Assembly (NCBI GenBank): GCA_973895155.1
Contig: OZ316892.1
Location: forward strand, 26,187,233 to 26,251,232
Direction of reading: 5' to 3'
DNA length: 64,000 bases
Source: Marsupella aquatica
Taxonomy: Eukaryota > Plantae > Marchantiophyta
The notes beneath the pieces were generated by a model. That model was not told where the DNA came from. It saw nothing but the letters and a program-made list of their open reading frames with translations, and ran no database searches. Of the stretch, positions 37,101-50,233 are shown in pieces (within the stretch, counting starts at the first letter, position 1; the number at the start of each line of letters is the position of its first letter). The position numbers were made by a program, and so were the translations under genes.

Positions 37101-40100
37101 CTACAGTCCTAGCAGTTGGCATGATTTCAAGACCTGAAAAGCAGCCTGGGTAAATGGCGCCGAAATGGACATATGCCGGCAGAACTCCCGATACCCAGCT
37201 GAGCCAAGTCCTGTAACGTCTCCACAATGTGTCATAGTGTCTGCAACCAGCATCACATGCTTTTGACTTACAGGCCTGCCCATAACCTTCATAGCCAGTA
37301 TAAGCCTCTGCAGAGACAACCAAAATTTCATGGCATCAGTATTTTTGTCCCAAGTCCCAGAGAAAGAAACGTTCTCCAATCCGACGACTGACCCAGAAGC
37401 AAGAACCAAGTTTCGAGATAATCCTTAAAGCAGTGATGACTTTATCTGTGTACAGCGTACCTTCAAGATGATATGACGAGCGGCTTCCACGCCATAGGTC
37501 TTGTAAATCTCCTGGACAGCATATGGGGTGCTACGACGCCAATCAATCAAGTCCATCACTGGAATACAGGCCTCTTGCAAAGTCAGCCATGGGGCACCTC
37601 TTTTTCCGGCACCTTTTGGGGCTTTCACAAATACTTCTACAACAAGCTCCCCTCGGTCAGGTCTCTGGGCTTGATAAATGGAATGCTGACCGCCCATTGA
37701 CATGCACTCTTTTGGAAGTCTTGACGCGGCGCCGCTGTCCTCCCAGAAGATCCGCACCTTTTCTATATTATCAGAGCCTGAAACTCCAAATTCGCAAAAT
37801 TAAGAGGTTTTCTCCAAAGTGGGGCACTCAGACTGACTCAGATCTATCGCGAAGCTGCATGACCGGACCCAGACTATTCGATGGTGACTTTAAGTCTGCG
37901 ACACCTTCTACGGTCCAATGTCTAAAATTCTCCTACAAATGTAATTGTTTCACCATGCACGAACAATTCTGAATCCATTAGTCTAACTCGACAACGAATT
38001 TCCATAAGAAAGGGCCATAAATTATGCAGCAAGCTCAAACTCAAAAGGAATATCACCCACACCTCTGATAGTGGAGTTCAAAACGGCAGGCAGAATGATG
38101 GTCTTCATTGACTCCGGTAAGAATGCCATCTTCTCTTGAGAGAGTTCTTTAGTCGGTACAGCCACAGTTTCAACAGGGTTAACTAGGAAAAACCAAATGC
38201 ACTGGCCCTCAGCGCCTGGGTGAACTTCAGATATACAAAACTCACTGCGTGCAGACCAGGGAGCAAGTTATCGAACCGTGAAGGACACCATTTCTATTTA
38301 TGATACTCAAGAAGAGTCATGTTTTGTCCACAAAATGTACGACCAATGACAGATTTGAGGCGATGACAAAAGGAGGAGCTCATTGAATAAAGGAATATCC
38401 ACTGTACATCGGGCTAAATATTTGGAGATGTTCCTTTTTTTCAGATGAGCAAACCTGTACGCAAAGTAGATCTCGTATGAATCTTCAGCCGCTTTGCCGG
38501 TATGTTTTTTGTTGAGTAATTCTACAATAGAGGGTATGCTCAGCTGGTTTTGGTCCAAAGTCTCCTGCCACACACCGCGACATGTTAGTTATCTCCTTTT
38601 GGCCATCGTACATCAATCGCATTCGGGTCGCACATTTTACTGATCGAAATGGACCTTCACTTGGCAAAAGAAAAACAAATATATGACTTCATTGTACTGA
38701 AACTAGCTCAAGGCAATAGAGCTCGATGAGTAGAGAGACCCACGAAGACTTTTCAAAGGAAGTGCTTTATATGAATACCTTGCAAAGTCGAATATGGCCA
38801 ATCCAAGGTGATAATCTCACAAACAGAAGACCATCTTTACCAGTTGGATTTTTCACGTACTTCTTTGTGTCTGGCCTCGCATATCTGAAACGAAGGAAAC
38901 AAGAGCAGAATGTTAGAAGGCAATTGGTGTGTAAGTAAAACCATGATCCACGGCATCTCATCTCCGATAGGTAAAGCAACTGTGTATGGACACAACCCCT
39001 ACTGACAAGGCAGCTGAGACAACAGCGGAGCATATACGTACTCTATGGCGCAGGTCAGAGATATCTGTTCCAGAGTAACTCTCTGCAGTTGCCTCTGGAT
39101 TTCTAGAGCTCGTCGCTCTATACCAAAACCCTGTGGGAGTCTCAGAATGGAACGTCTGTCGTTCACTTTAATTTTGGTCTTAGAACGGACCGTCAATACT
39201 TCCTGCAAATGTGCAGAAAACACGGAAATCACTAGAGGCAAACCTTCGAAAGGACTATTGCAGGAAAGCTGCCTTTTGACGGTGGGCACGAAGGGAATCA
39301 ATTGTGCACGAACACCTCAATTACGAATACAGGAAAGTGCGAACGTTGAAGAATTTCAAGAAATATGTAATGTCCAATTACTGACCGCATTCCCTACTTA
39401 GCCAGGCATACCTTGAGCAGCTGAATAGGACTTGTTCCCAACACCTGAGCTTGTTGAATTGCTTGCATCTTCACGTGGTAAGCCGGCTCTGCAATGGAAG
39501 TGGCCGCTAAGGCACCGACGGGTTCCCCAGCGAGTTCCGAACCAGCCCATTGGTCTTCGGGATCCTCACAAACGAGAGATGGGTCTGACGACCCATATGA
39601 CGCCGGTACTGGTCGACAAGGATCTTTACCAAGAGAACTTCTCTTGCCAGTGCCATATCGAAATTGGATGATGCTCTGGACGCTTCCAATTCGGACCGTA
39701 CCATCGTATGAAATTTGTATATCTCGCATGAACAACATAAGATTTCTCATTATCTGATTCGGTTCCTCAAGGCCCTGTCGTAACACGTTGCACCTGGAGG
39801 AAATTGTGTCCATGAAGAACTCCGTGGCATTGAGACCATCGATATAAGAATTTGGAATGATACTTCTTGACTCCCAATATCCTTCCAGTCCGGCGTCTGC
39901 CTTAGTTTGAGAGAACACATTTGATTGACCCTTCTCCGGAGGCGTGTGAATATATGACAGCTTATTATTTCGTTGGATTGGGAGTAGTCTTTGTCCCTTG
40001 TAGAGTTGGAGGCCTAAGCATCCAACCTGCTGAGTTAGCTTCGCCATTGATCCTTTGCTGCCACTCCTCACCATAGCAAGCAGGGAGTTCTTCTGATCCA

Positions 40101-43100
40101 TATACCCTGTAACTAAATCTTCAATATCTGGAGCCAATGTCTGGAATTTCTCAATCGCTGCCACCTGAAGAGCGGCAACTCTTGGTGTACAGTTTTTCTC
40201 CCCTAAAAGTAAACCAAAGCACCCCTGATGCTCCTCCACATCAGTCGAACCCAAGATTCCCCCTTGCTCAGGAGATAATCTTCTATACTGGTACTGGCGA
40301 TCTAGTCTCAGTGCTAGCTTCAAGGACGCTTCATTGGACTTCTCCAGGGACTTCTGTACTCCCTTTAGCATTCTCTTCCGTTGTTCAGGACGCTCTGCCG
40401 CATAGAAGTCACGCAAACCAACACTAAAACCAGTAATCAGAAGCCACTGATGTAGTACAGCCTGAAGGCATTCCAGGTGCTCTAAAGTGGCCACAGGACC
40501 TGCGTGGTTGCACATAGCTCTAAGGACCCCATTTGGAGACCTGTCTAACCATTTGGCTCCTCCTTGGCACAGCAGAACTTCACCATCCAATATACGCACA
40601 CTTCCCTCTGCGCTGTATATTTGCTTCAGTGGAATTGTCATACCTAAGGGAGTACCTGTCCAATAAGAAGTCCCAAAATTGAGTCCACCCGGTAGTGTCA
40701 TACTAAACAACTGCTTGCCAGTCCACAAACAACCAGTCTTAGTGGGTGCCTTCACAATTGCTGGTATAGGTATTTGTGATGTGCACCACATAGACAGCTG
40801 CTCCATGTCAATTCTATTGATAAATACATGACCGCTGGTAAGTACGTGCCCCGCGACTAGACTATCTTGAGTAAGACCAACTATAGGTTGACCTCCTTGG
40901 GGAGAAATCAATTGCGCATTGACTGTCATGAGCTCCTGCGTTTCAGCTTTGCTTTCCAATGATTGAGGCAGAAAGATATGAAAGCAATCACCATCAAAAT
41001 CTCCATCAAACGGTGGACAAATCAAAGGGTTTAACGAAAAAGTGGACAATGCGTGGACCTTCACTTTCAACGTGACCAAAGAGTGCTTATGCAATGAAGG
41101 ATTCCTGTTGACAAATACACGATCTCCATCTTTGAGACACCGAGTTATCGTATCTCCCAGACCCAGCAGAATATGCTGATCTTTGCTCGCGGTTCTGAGA
41201 AGTTCCAGATCTCGTTCCTTATTCTCCTTCTTCGTCCTCAACATCAACGCACCTGGCATGGACAGGTCGTCCGAGACTAGATAGTCATCAACAAACTTCT
41301 GCCATGTCCGGATATTGAATCTGTTTATTTTTTCTTCCACAGTCAGTCTCTGGGCCATTTCTTCGGGTACTCCAATTTCTTCTATCCGAATATAGGGATC
41401 TCCATTGACTACAGTTCTGGCACAGTAATTGGACATCTTGCCAAGAACATTGGCCTTCAACCACTTCAGCTCCAGAGTGCCCCCAGTTTCTTCTACTTCC
41501 AGCCCGGTGGTCGGTTTGTACTCAACTACCTACATTCCAGAAACCACATGTATTCAAAGTTGAGAGCGAATTGGATTTTGAAGTCTCCCCATGCCAAGAG
41601 GTGCCTACAATTTCTTGCAATTTCTCCAAACGATTCTAGCCACAAGAGTTGTACCTTGCAAGCCCGGAAATGTCTTGCTGCTAGCAGCTGCAACTCGTCC
41701 GAGCACTGTGCAGCATAATTAAAACCGCTGCATCCTGGCATATCCTCAAGTGTCTCCTTTATCTGACTCGATTTCCTGACAATAGCGTCGAGCTTATTCG
41801 TTTGCCCACTTTTCTTCTACAATAAGGCGAGGAGCAGTCGAATAAAGTCAAGAACTCTGGCAAGACTGACTTAAAAGAAAACAGCGAACGGCTACTTGCG
41901 AATTTCATGGGCTTCAAGAGGGGCTCTCGTCAAAGGGAATGCACATTGTTGTCACGCTCCCATCCCAAAACGAATTGTACGTGGAAATTTAAGCCTTACG
42001 GTGCTTATCTGATGATAGCAAAGTTCTCAGCAATCCTGAAGACAGCCCACGCAACTGTGAAGGGTTTCAGTGACTCACCTGCAATACTCTTGGCTGGAGT
42101 GTGCTGCTCCAAAAATCCTCCATGATAAGACGATTGCAGTTTGGCGAAACGAGTATGTCAGAGAAAATGAAAGCAGCAGGATTACTAGCAGTTGTATTCT
42201 CTTTAGGTATCCTTTTCAAAATCTTCCAAGCCTGCACATTCACATCAGTGCAATGATCAAATCCAGAGGTCGACACCGCTACGAAACCTCTCGTACCAGA
42301 CAGAAAGATGAGAAACACAAAACACTCATATATGTGACAAAAAACTAAATCGCAGCAAAACTTGTCCATGAGTTCAGCATTCAATTTTTTCACCTCTCGG
42401 AACATCTCCTAAAGTGTTCATGTCAGCGTTTCAGGACAATGGAAAACCTCAAACCTCGAAAGGCAATAAAGTTCGAGTCTTCGCCTGATCGCCCATTGGA
42501 TTTCCTCCGACGAAGTCCCAAAACCCACTCGGCAGGTCTTTTGCTTTCTCATCCACTACTATCTGGATAGTATCCACCCGAACTTTTTTTCGTACTTCCT
42601 TATTAACTAGTTTCACCTTCATCTTTGGGAATTTAGCTCCATGACCATCGGGTCCCTGCGGACACAATATATCAAGCTGAGATAGCTTGACAAATTCAAT
42701 CATACGTCGTCATTTCACTGATCAATTTGCTCGCTACATCTTCTAACCTCCGAAAGCAGATACTTCACATTGGCACCCGTCAATTTGCCTCTATTCACCA
42801 AATATCCCAGATCACTTACGCCACAATGTTTGCAGACCCCTGATTCCCTATCACTCGAGGGCATTTGCTTTCCAAGTCCAGGCCCGGGAGTTTCAGGCAC
42901 GTGTTCGGGACGTGAGGCCTCAGGAATTTCCATGGGCTCCGCCTTGCATCCTTGTTGTTGAGGAAATTCGACGTTGAAGGAGTCCAACATGGATGATTGC
43001 GCCCATTCCTAGCATGACAAGAGGCACTGATCCCTTCATTAAAGAAAGACAACTGGTAAGGTTCGAAGATATGTGAAGACGACATGAGTTTTATTCAACT

Positions 43101-44555
43101 TGGGCCATATGAAAGACGTTCAGGATTCTCATGGTGAAGAGTACTTCTTGCTATCGGAAACACTGCATCAGACCCAAAACCTTTTAGAGAGAAGGGATTT
43201 CCGGATTGAATGGAAATTCTATCACCTGGTTCATTACGCCACACTCAAGGTCTTCCATCAACCATTTCGATAAGGTCTTTGCTGTACGCTTCCGTTTCCT
43301 GCTTGCCCCACTGTTGGTACCGGCACCCAACTTACGCTTCGGCGCAGCCTTTCGGACAGGCGAATTCTCAATGTCTTCCTCCTCATCCCCGGACTCTCGA
43401 CCGAAAATGTCTTGCAAATCATTCTTCCTCTTCTGCGAATTGTCAGCGAGCTAAGTTTACCAGAATATGATGAAGGTTTTCATCCACACATCGGAATCTG
43501 AAGAACTCGCTGTATTGAGAAGCATATCAGACTGTCCCATTCCCTCATCGCGCAACAATTCGCTCATGATTCACCCCACAAGTGACCTTAATTCATGAAC
43601 GCAAAAACGAAACGACTTCTGTGCAGGAGATGATTTCACCTTTTTCTCTAAAACCCTGCTACAGCCGAGACATATGCTCGATAGAAATTTCGGCAGGCTT
43701 CTCACATAGAGCGGGTGGTATATGGGGTAAGGTAGAGAGGTGTGTCCAAAGTGGCCTGAGAACACACAATTCAATTCAGCCCAACGATTTATGGCTCATT
43801 AATCGAGCTGCATATGTTTCAAAACTGGTGCCAATGTGAACTGAACTTAACACACAATGTACGTCCGGACAATACCAGCAACGGAAACGGCGACGCAATT
43901 GTGCTCATACAATACCATCACATCTGTCGGGACGGTCGCCGGGGCCGCGTCTCGTTCCGCCACAGGTTGCACACTTCTGTTCCTTGTTCGGAATCCCCAA
44001 CCGAGCATCAAACAGGTCCTGCGCCTTGATGATGCCAACCTTCTTGTTCCTTTCGTTCCTGTCCGTGATGACCGATAAACGACCCTGCATTGACAAACCA
44101 GTCGTCCAATGGTGAGAGTAAAGCCATCTTAATTTCACCGCAGAAACATTCAGAAATGGTTTCTGAGGCTAGCATACTATACTGCATCTGTCATCCCCTT
44201 CCTTCAATTTAAGGAATATTGTCAATTTTGAGGATACCCAACTTTAGTAAATGACAGGGGGAAGGCCTCTCTGTAGAGCATCAGCGACCCTCACATAGTA
44301 TAAGTGTGGGACATCACAGTTGATGACCACCATTGAGAGGCACATCAGGAGATACGATTGCGAGCATTGTTCGTCAAAGCTATCAATAGAATGCTCAATT
44401 TCAGAGCTTACCGCTATCGTTGAGCTTGGCAGCAATCCAAACTGAATTCCGCGCAGCCGTGCGGATGGACAACCGAGCTCCCGGGCCGAATTTGCCACTG
44501 GGGGCCGCGAAGCCGGCTTCGGCGGTACGTCTACTGGTGGCGTCGTAGGCTCCAT
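34110..44555 (-). CDS. NRPD1: RNA polymerase IV largest subunit (NRPD1-like), 19 exons, ~2,115 aa
   Basis: Domain A CATC...CDGHFGH; metal A site NPLICPPFDGDFDGD; shortened foot and degenerate trigger loop (GEPVGALAATSIAEPAY) typical of Pol IV/V. Spliced CKHC-x9-FPKMKVK resembles the NRPD1 CKYC-YP motif. C-terminal DeCL domain (HPQREEKIGCGVDYIKVDYHPDYPTSKCFHISRKDGSCTDFSFHKC); no GW/WG in the CTD. All junctions are GT-AG and in phase. Confidence 0.85.
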
Positions 44556-47500
44556 GCCGCCCCAGACTAAAAATTAAGGATGGCAGCAGCTCCTGCTGGA
44601 CAATACAGACCACGCATTCCACATGACTCGCATACACAAAGCGCAGCTACTACAGCTTCCGCCCCTCCGAGCTAGAGAAAAATGTATCTTTTCCCGAGCT
44701 GAGCGGAGCTGGGAGAAGACCAATCGAACAAAATTCGGCCGAAGTGGAACCAAACCATCAGCATTTATCGTCCACCTGAAGAATCAATCGATGCAATGGG
44801 CAAGGTCTCGAGGAGCTTAAGTGGTGAGAAGTCACACAAGAAAAATGTTGGGAGGATCACTGGGAAAAGAATGACAGAATCTAACAGTCACCTCTTCCGG
44901 TTGCATCTCAGCAATAAACGCTTACTCCCACTGCTACTGAAATCCGCAACCTGGAGCAGGGGCTGGAGCTGGATTTCGCTTTGTTGCCAGTTAGTAACAG
45001 TAACGGTAGATAGAATGTCACATCCATCATTTAAAATTCCTTCAGCTCATTCCTCTCTACTACTACTACTTCTTCCCCTACACATCTATGTCTAGTTGTA
45101 GACTATCTATCGGCCCTACCGAGCTGGATGGAGCCCCGACCCAACTCGCCCGCTCTTCTCTCGCTTCCTCGCACACAGCCTCCTCCCTCCAAATGTCCCC
45201 TCGAAATGTTCGTCTCAGCCGTGCTATACTCCTCCTCCTCCTTCCCCTCATCCTCATTGCCACCCCTAGATTTTCTTTTCCGCCTCGACACAACATTTCA
45301 TCCAGTTTTCACATCAAGCGGAACACCAATCACAAAAAAACCCAGACACCATTTCTCTCGTCCACCAGAACTGCTCTAATTTCCATCTCACTCGACGGTT
45401 CTGCTCGATCCTCGACTCTACTGCTACTCCTCCTCCCCCTCCTCCACCATACCATCATCACTCCAGGACCCAATTGATGGACATTCTCGTTTTCCGCTCC
45501 GCCCTCCTTCCGCTCCGCTTCCTTCAAGCGTCAAAATGTACTGTACTAGGGAACGAAGCGAATATGTCTGCTGTCCCTCGTGACGCTTGTAGAAACCGGA
45601 CACACGTCTTTCTTAGCGTCCTGCGGTTTTCCCCTGAGAATATGGTACCGCACACAAAGCGCACTTAGCCTTTATTACCGTCCTTTTAACCGTAACCTTC
45701 CTTTATTAACGCTAATTGAGTAATAATGGCTCCCGGTCAAAGTCAATCCCGCAGAGTGGCCTTTTGCTGATTCGGAGGAACTCTGTTCCGCCGACTGCAC
45801 GTTAATTAATGTTCACGGCAAGATCCCTTGTATCAGCGCCGCGTCGGGCCGGCAATGTGGCGCTTCTTTCGCGGCGAGAGCGAAACCGGCCTGACATCCA
45901 CCGGCGCTGAGGCAGGCGAAGCGGCGATTCCCTGTCTCCAAGTATTATTTCTCATCGCCGGCGAGACGTTTTCGTCGCCGGCGACTGGCAGGATCGTAAT
46001 TTAGAGAGCGATTTTGAATCGACGGCCGTTGTAGCGTATCTAGCTCGAGGGAGATCTTGACCTTCGATCGATCTCAGTCATAATAAATAATGTCGCTCTA
46101 TGTGATCGAAAGGCACTGGATAAAATCTATCTGAAGTTTCTGGAAATGGGAAGTCATTTTATTTTATCTTTCTGTAAGGGGGCCTTTAGAAGACCGACCG
46201 GACGACAAAAGTTTTCCTGTGGCTCATTTACTTTAGGTCTGGATGGAGTATTCCTAGTGGTCAGTAGCGTCTGACTGACTATGGGATGGAAGCGAGAGTG
46301 GTGTACTTTGACAACTGCCTCAAGATTTTTCTCCTTACATATTCTGTACTTTACTACTTTATGACTTGACTTTACAGGAAAGACTTCCCACCACACACAG
46401 CTCTTATTCTTTATTTTTCTGAAAGAAAGTGAGCCAATGTATTTCAAGGGCAGCAACAGGGAAGACCAAGGGGTATAGAAAACAAAAGCCATGGGGCCGG
46501 GAGTCCCCACCACCAGACCTTACCTGTGATTACACGTCACAAATCAGAAGTATCAGAAGTATAGGATATATTGTGCTAAGTGACAAGCATCCACTGGTTG
46601 AATGGAAGTCCTCCACCCCAAATAAACCCAATTATTCTTTTATATCAGATAATGTTGTTCCTTCTTCATATCCAGGCTCTAACATTTTGATGGGCGATTT
46701 GTGGGACACCACCAAGAGCTGTGCTAAGGGCACGAACCTCTTTTTGTCTGTTAGTTAAAAGGGGAATCTCAACTTTGAGTTTGTCTTTATTGTGAAGGAG
46801 GATAAAGAACCTTGAATAGAACGGGTGAGGCATTCTTACACTCCACTTGCTTCTTGGTGAAAAAGAAAGTCTAGACTTCCAATAAAATTGTGCTTGTAAA
46901 ACTAACTTCCACCAAAATTGATAAATCAGGAAAAAACAAAGTACAATGGTTGTAAGTGTGGAGAAGACAAAACCAAGCAATAAAGAAATAGTACCATAAA
47001 AAAAATTAGGAGTGAAAATCTTTCAGAGATTAATTGTCATGACCACAAAATAAGTAGGGTGGCTTTAGTTCAAGGTATTTCAAGAACTTGGGGGCAATGG
47101 TTCCTTTTTTCTAAGTGTGAGATACAATACTAGCCATTCATAGGTGGGAACAGTCCACATGTCACTTTACATGTACTTGGGGGCACAATCAACCATTACT
47201 GAACCCAGTCATCTCTCAATGGGCCCCTTGTGGGTCCCTTTTGTTGCTCATATGTGCATGTCTTTTTGTCAAAAATTTAGACCTCCTCATGTGAGGTGGT
47301 CTAAAAACTGGAGCACAACAGGTTCTTTTCAGTGAATTGCATCGATTATGTCCTCACCTGACACATTTTGGCTCAGACATTTTAACTATTGTGTAATGAA
47401 ATAACCATTAGCTTTGGATAGAGAGACAAAAATGGCCACAGCGGCCTTGTAAAGCACCCTTGTGCTTTTTGAGAGATAGTGTGCGTTAAAGAGAGGCACA

Positions 47501-47813
47501 CATAGAATACTTAGTGTCATGGAGGCTGTTTGCTTTCCTGGGGCTTGTTTGACTTGCCTGCTTTGGAGGGCTGTGGGTTGGTCATATTTCTTTACAGCCG
47601 ACAGCCCTCCTTTCACCTTTCACATTCATTTTGCTCAGGAGGGCTAAGATTACTTGTCTTAGTGCCTCTGCAGTAGACAATTCCTCTCATATACAGTTTA
47701 CTCTGGAGTTTTCCTAGGCTTTTCAATTTGCTGTTCAGTAAGGCTTGAGTACCTTTGCTGGTGTAAGGGACTCTTCCTGTCGTATGGGAGTCCCAAGCCT
47801 TTTTAGCTATGTG

Positions 47814-47905
47814 TGGTCTGCTCGTTCTGTCCTTTTCTATTTATTGGGTTTATGGTCTCCTCGCTCTGTCCTTTTCTATTTATTGGGTTTATGGTCTCCT
47901 CGCTC
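47814..47905. repeat. 39-bp tandem repeat x2.3
   Basis: TGGTCT(G/C)CTCG starts at 47814, 47853 and 47892. Confidence 0.85.
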
Positions 47906-49740
47906 CTCTCTCGTTGCTTGAAACTTTCTGTTCATTGGTAGTCAATTCTAAAGATTTTGTTACTCTCTCCCTTGTGGGTCGGGATGCTTCGAGTCAGTCT
48001 ATTTTTTAAGGTTTTTGATTTTTTGCCAGAGTGGCAAATGTCCAGTGTGTGAAGGAAAAGATACTCAAAATATTACTAATCCTATTATTTTCCTGACCTC
48101 CCAAGATGTAAGGATGACATTAGATTCTGGCTAATGAGACCTGTGATTAGGTGGAACATTGGCTAATGAGACAGAAAAAGACTAGCAAATTTTTGCCAAA
48201 AATGGGGAAAGCTTTTTGGGGAGGTGAAATTTGGCAATTTTTGCCACTAAAAAAAATATTGCTTGGAATATACTATTTCTACGCTTTCTAAATTAATTAA
48301 TTAACTTTGATCGTCAGATCACCCTAGATTCTAGCTAACAAGGTACCTGACTACAGGAACATAACTAACGTAACTAATTTTTGCAAAAGCCAGAGAGAGG
48401 TGGACTCTAGCGAATTTGGGCTCTAGCGAATTCTTGCCACCAGAACGATACAGTGAGAAAATTTTCGAAGGAAATTAAAGTCCTTTACTGCTGTACCTGC
48501 GTTGTGGAGGTACGGGCTCCAGACTGGTCCGCGTCTTCGCCTTCAACCAAAGTCCAACTACTCCACTCCTCACTTCGGGAGAGTACATACACGATACATA
48601 TAGAAAAGTACATATACATAAGTACACTACCATATATACCGTGCCAAAGAGTTGTCTCCAAGGAAGATTTATAAAGTTTATACAGTACGATAGGATGCTG
48701 CAGCTCCGGAAAACACCGTACTACGACCGACAAAAGGACAGCTGGCAAGCCGGGAAAATACACGGCCAATCTGGGGCGGATAAAGGCGGCAGGGACAATG
48801 ATGGGCCTCATGCAAACTCATCGAGTACGAGTATAAATTAAAAAAATGACACCCATGTTATGTGAAGTTGTGGAAAATCATGACTCAATTGTTTTAGACA
48901 ACAGCTGCCCTATAAAATGCTACTGGTAACCAGTAAATCTCATTGTGTGTGCATACCACCCTATTTTGTAAGGTTTTATATTTTTGAGCCCATGTGACCA
49001 ATGCTTGCTCCTCTAAGGGAGTAGATTTTAGTAATATTTTTATCATATTTTACTGAATTAAATCATGCCCGTCAGATATCCCTAGATTTAAGGAGTACCC
49101 TTAGATTTTGGCTAATGAATGGGGTACATGATTTGGTGAAAGAGGTGCTAATGGTTAAAAAAAGGTAACCAATACTATCAACCTTATTTTGGGATGTGGA
49201 ATTTGGCTAAAATTAGCACTTAGAAATATGTTTGTGCATACTCCTAATCTCCTATCTTGAAAACCATCTTGACCAACGACGACAGTTGTCAAATCTTCAA
49301 AGATCTGGTGAATCTAGCAACTGCTAAAAGCATATTTTATTAGCTAGTTGGCCTATTGTTTTCCCTGATGTTCTCTTCGTCTCATTGGCCATTTGGCCAG
49401 TGATAAATCAGATTTGGGGCGAACATTCGCCAACTAAAAAAACTCTGGAGCGCATAAAGTGTCATGGCAAATTCCGGCGATTGCAGGTGTCAGACCCCGA
49501 CATTACTGCTCCCATTTAATGCATCTGAATCGACGGCTCGATCGCTGTACCCTTCCCTGGAAAACAGCTGAAAACCGGGACAATTTTAGCGGCTGCCAAA
49601 ACTCTCGGCCACCCTGCCGGCAATACTCCTGGATACAGAACTCCCCGTCAACGGCGACAGCTACCGTCGATACCTCCGTCGTCTCGTCAAACAATCCGGT
49701 TAACACATGCAGTGCTGAGCCACTATACAGGGCACTCTAA

Positions 49741-50233
49741 ATCATCACCCTAAAGTGCCTAGTTATTGTTGAGATTACTACACATACCCAATCATGAATC
49801 CTATGGCTACTCAGTGAGTATGAAAAGTGTGGTGAGCACTTTCACAAGAATCACAAGAACCTTGTTGTATGGAATGGGCCCAGAGGTCCATTGGGAGGGA
49901 GTATGCATGTTTGGTGGTTCAATAGGCAAAATTATGCATGTTTTAGTCACATAAATACAAAAGTTGTGTTTCACACCACTAAATATATATGAAACTTTGG
50001 GGGATTATACATTATTTAGGCGCACCTCATCAGTTCCTAATAAAGCACTGGCACTGTATATTAACAGTGTCATGCTCTTGCCTTGGGGAACCGTGCATAT
50101 TTTAGAGTGCCCTGTATAGTGGCTCAGCACTGCATGTGTTAAGGGGCATGTGCACTCACTGAGTAGCCATAGGATAACATGATTGGGCCTGTGTAGTAAT
50201 GTCAACAATAACTAGGCACTTTAGGGTGATGAT
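49741..50233. mobile_element. MITE-like element with ~80-bp TIRs
   Basis: 49741-49819 (ATCATCACCCTAAAGTGCCTAGTTATTGTTG...) is the imperfect reverse complement of 50154-50233. No clear TSD. Confidence 0.7.

Noticed and set aside
34110-44555. Assignment as NRPE1 (Pol V) or NRPB1 (Pol II)
   Set aside because: No YSPTSPS heptads or NADFDGD, no WG/GW hooks, and a CKYC-YP-like motif is present. NRPD1 is favoured pending phylogeny.
46150-47800. Possible decayed LINE ORF1/ORF2 fragments
   Set aside because: No recognisable RT or endonuclease motif; needs a profile search.
47995-48261. Possible MITE with TTTGCCA subterminal repeats
   Set aside because: TIRs and TSD are too degenerate to define.
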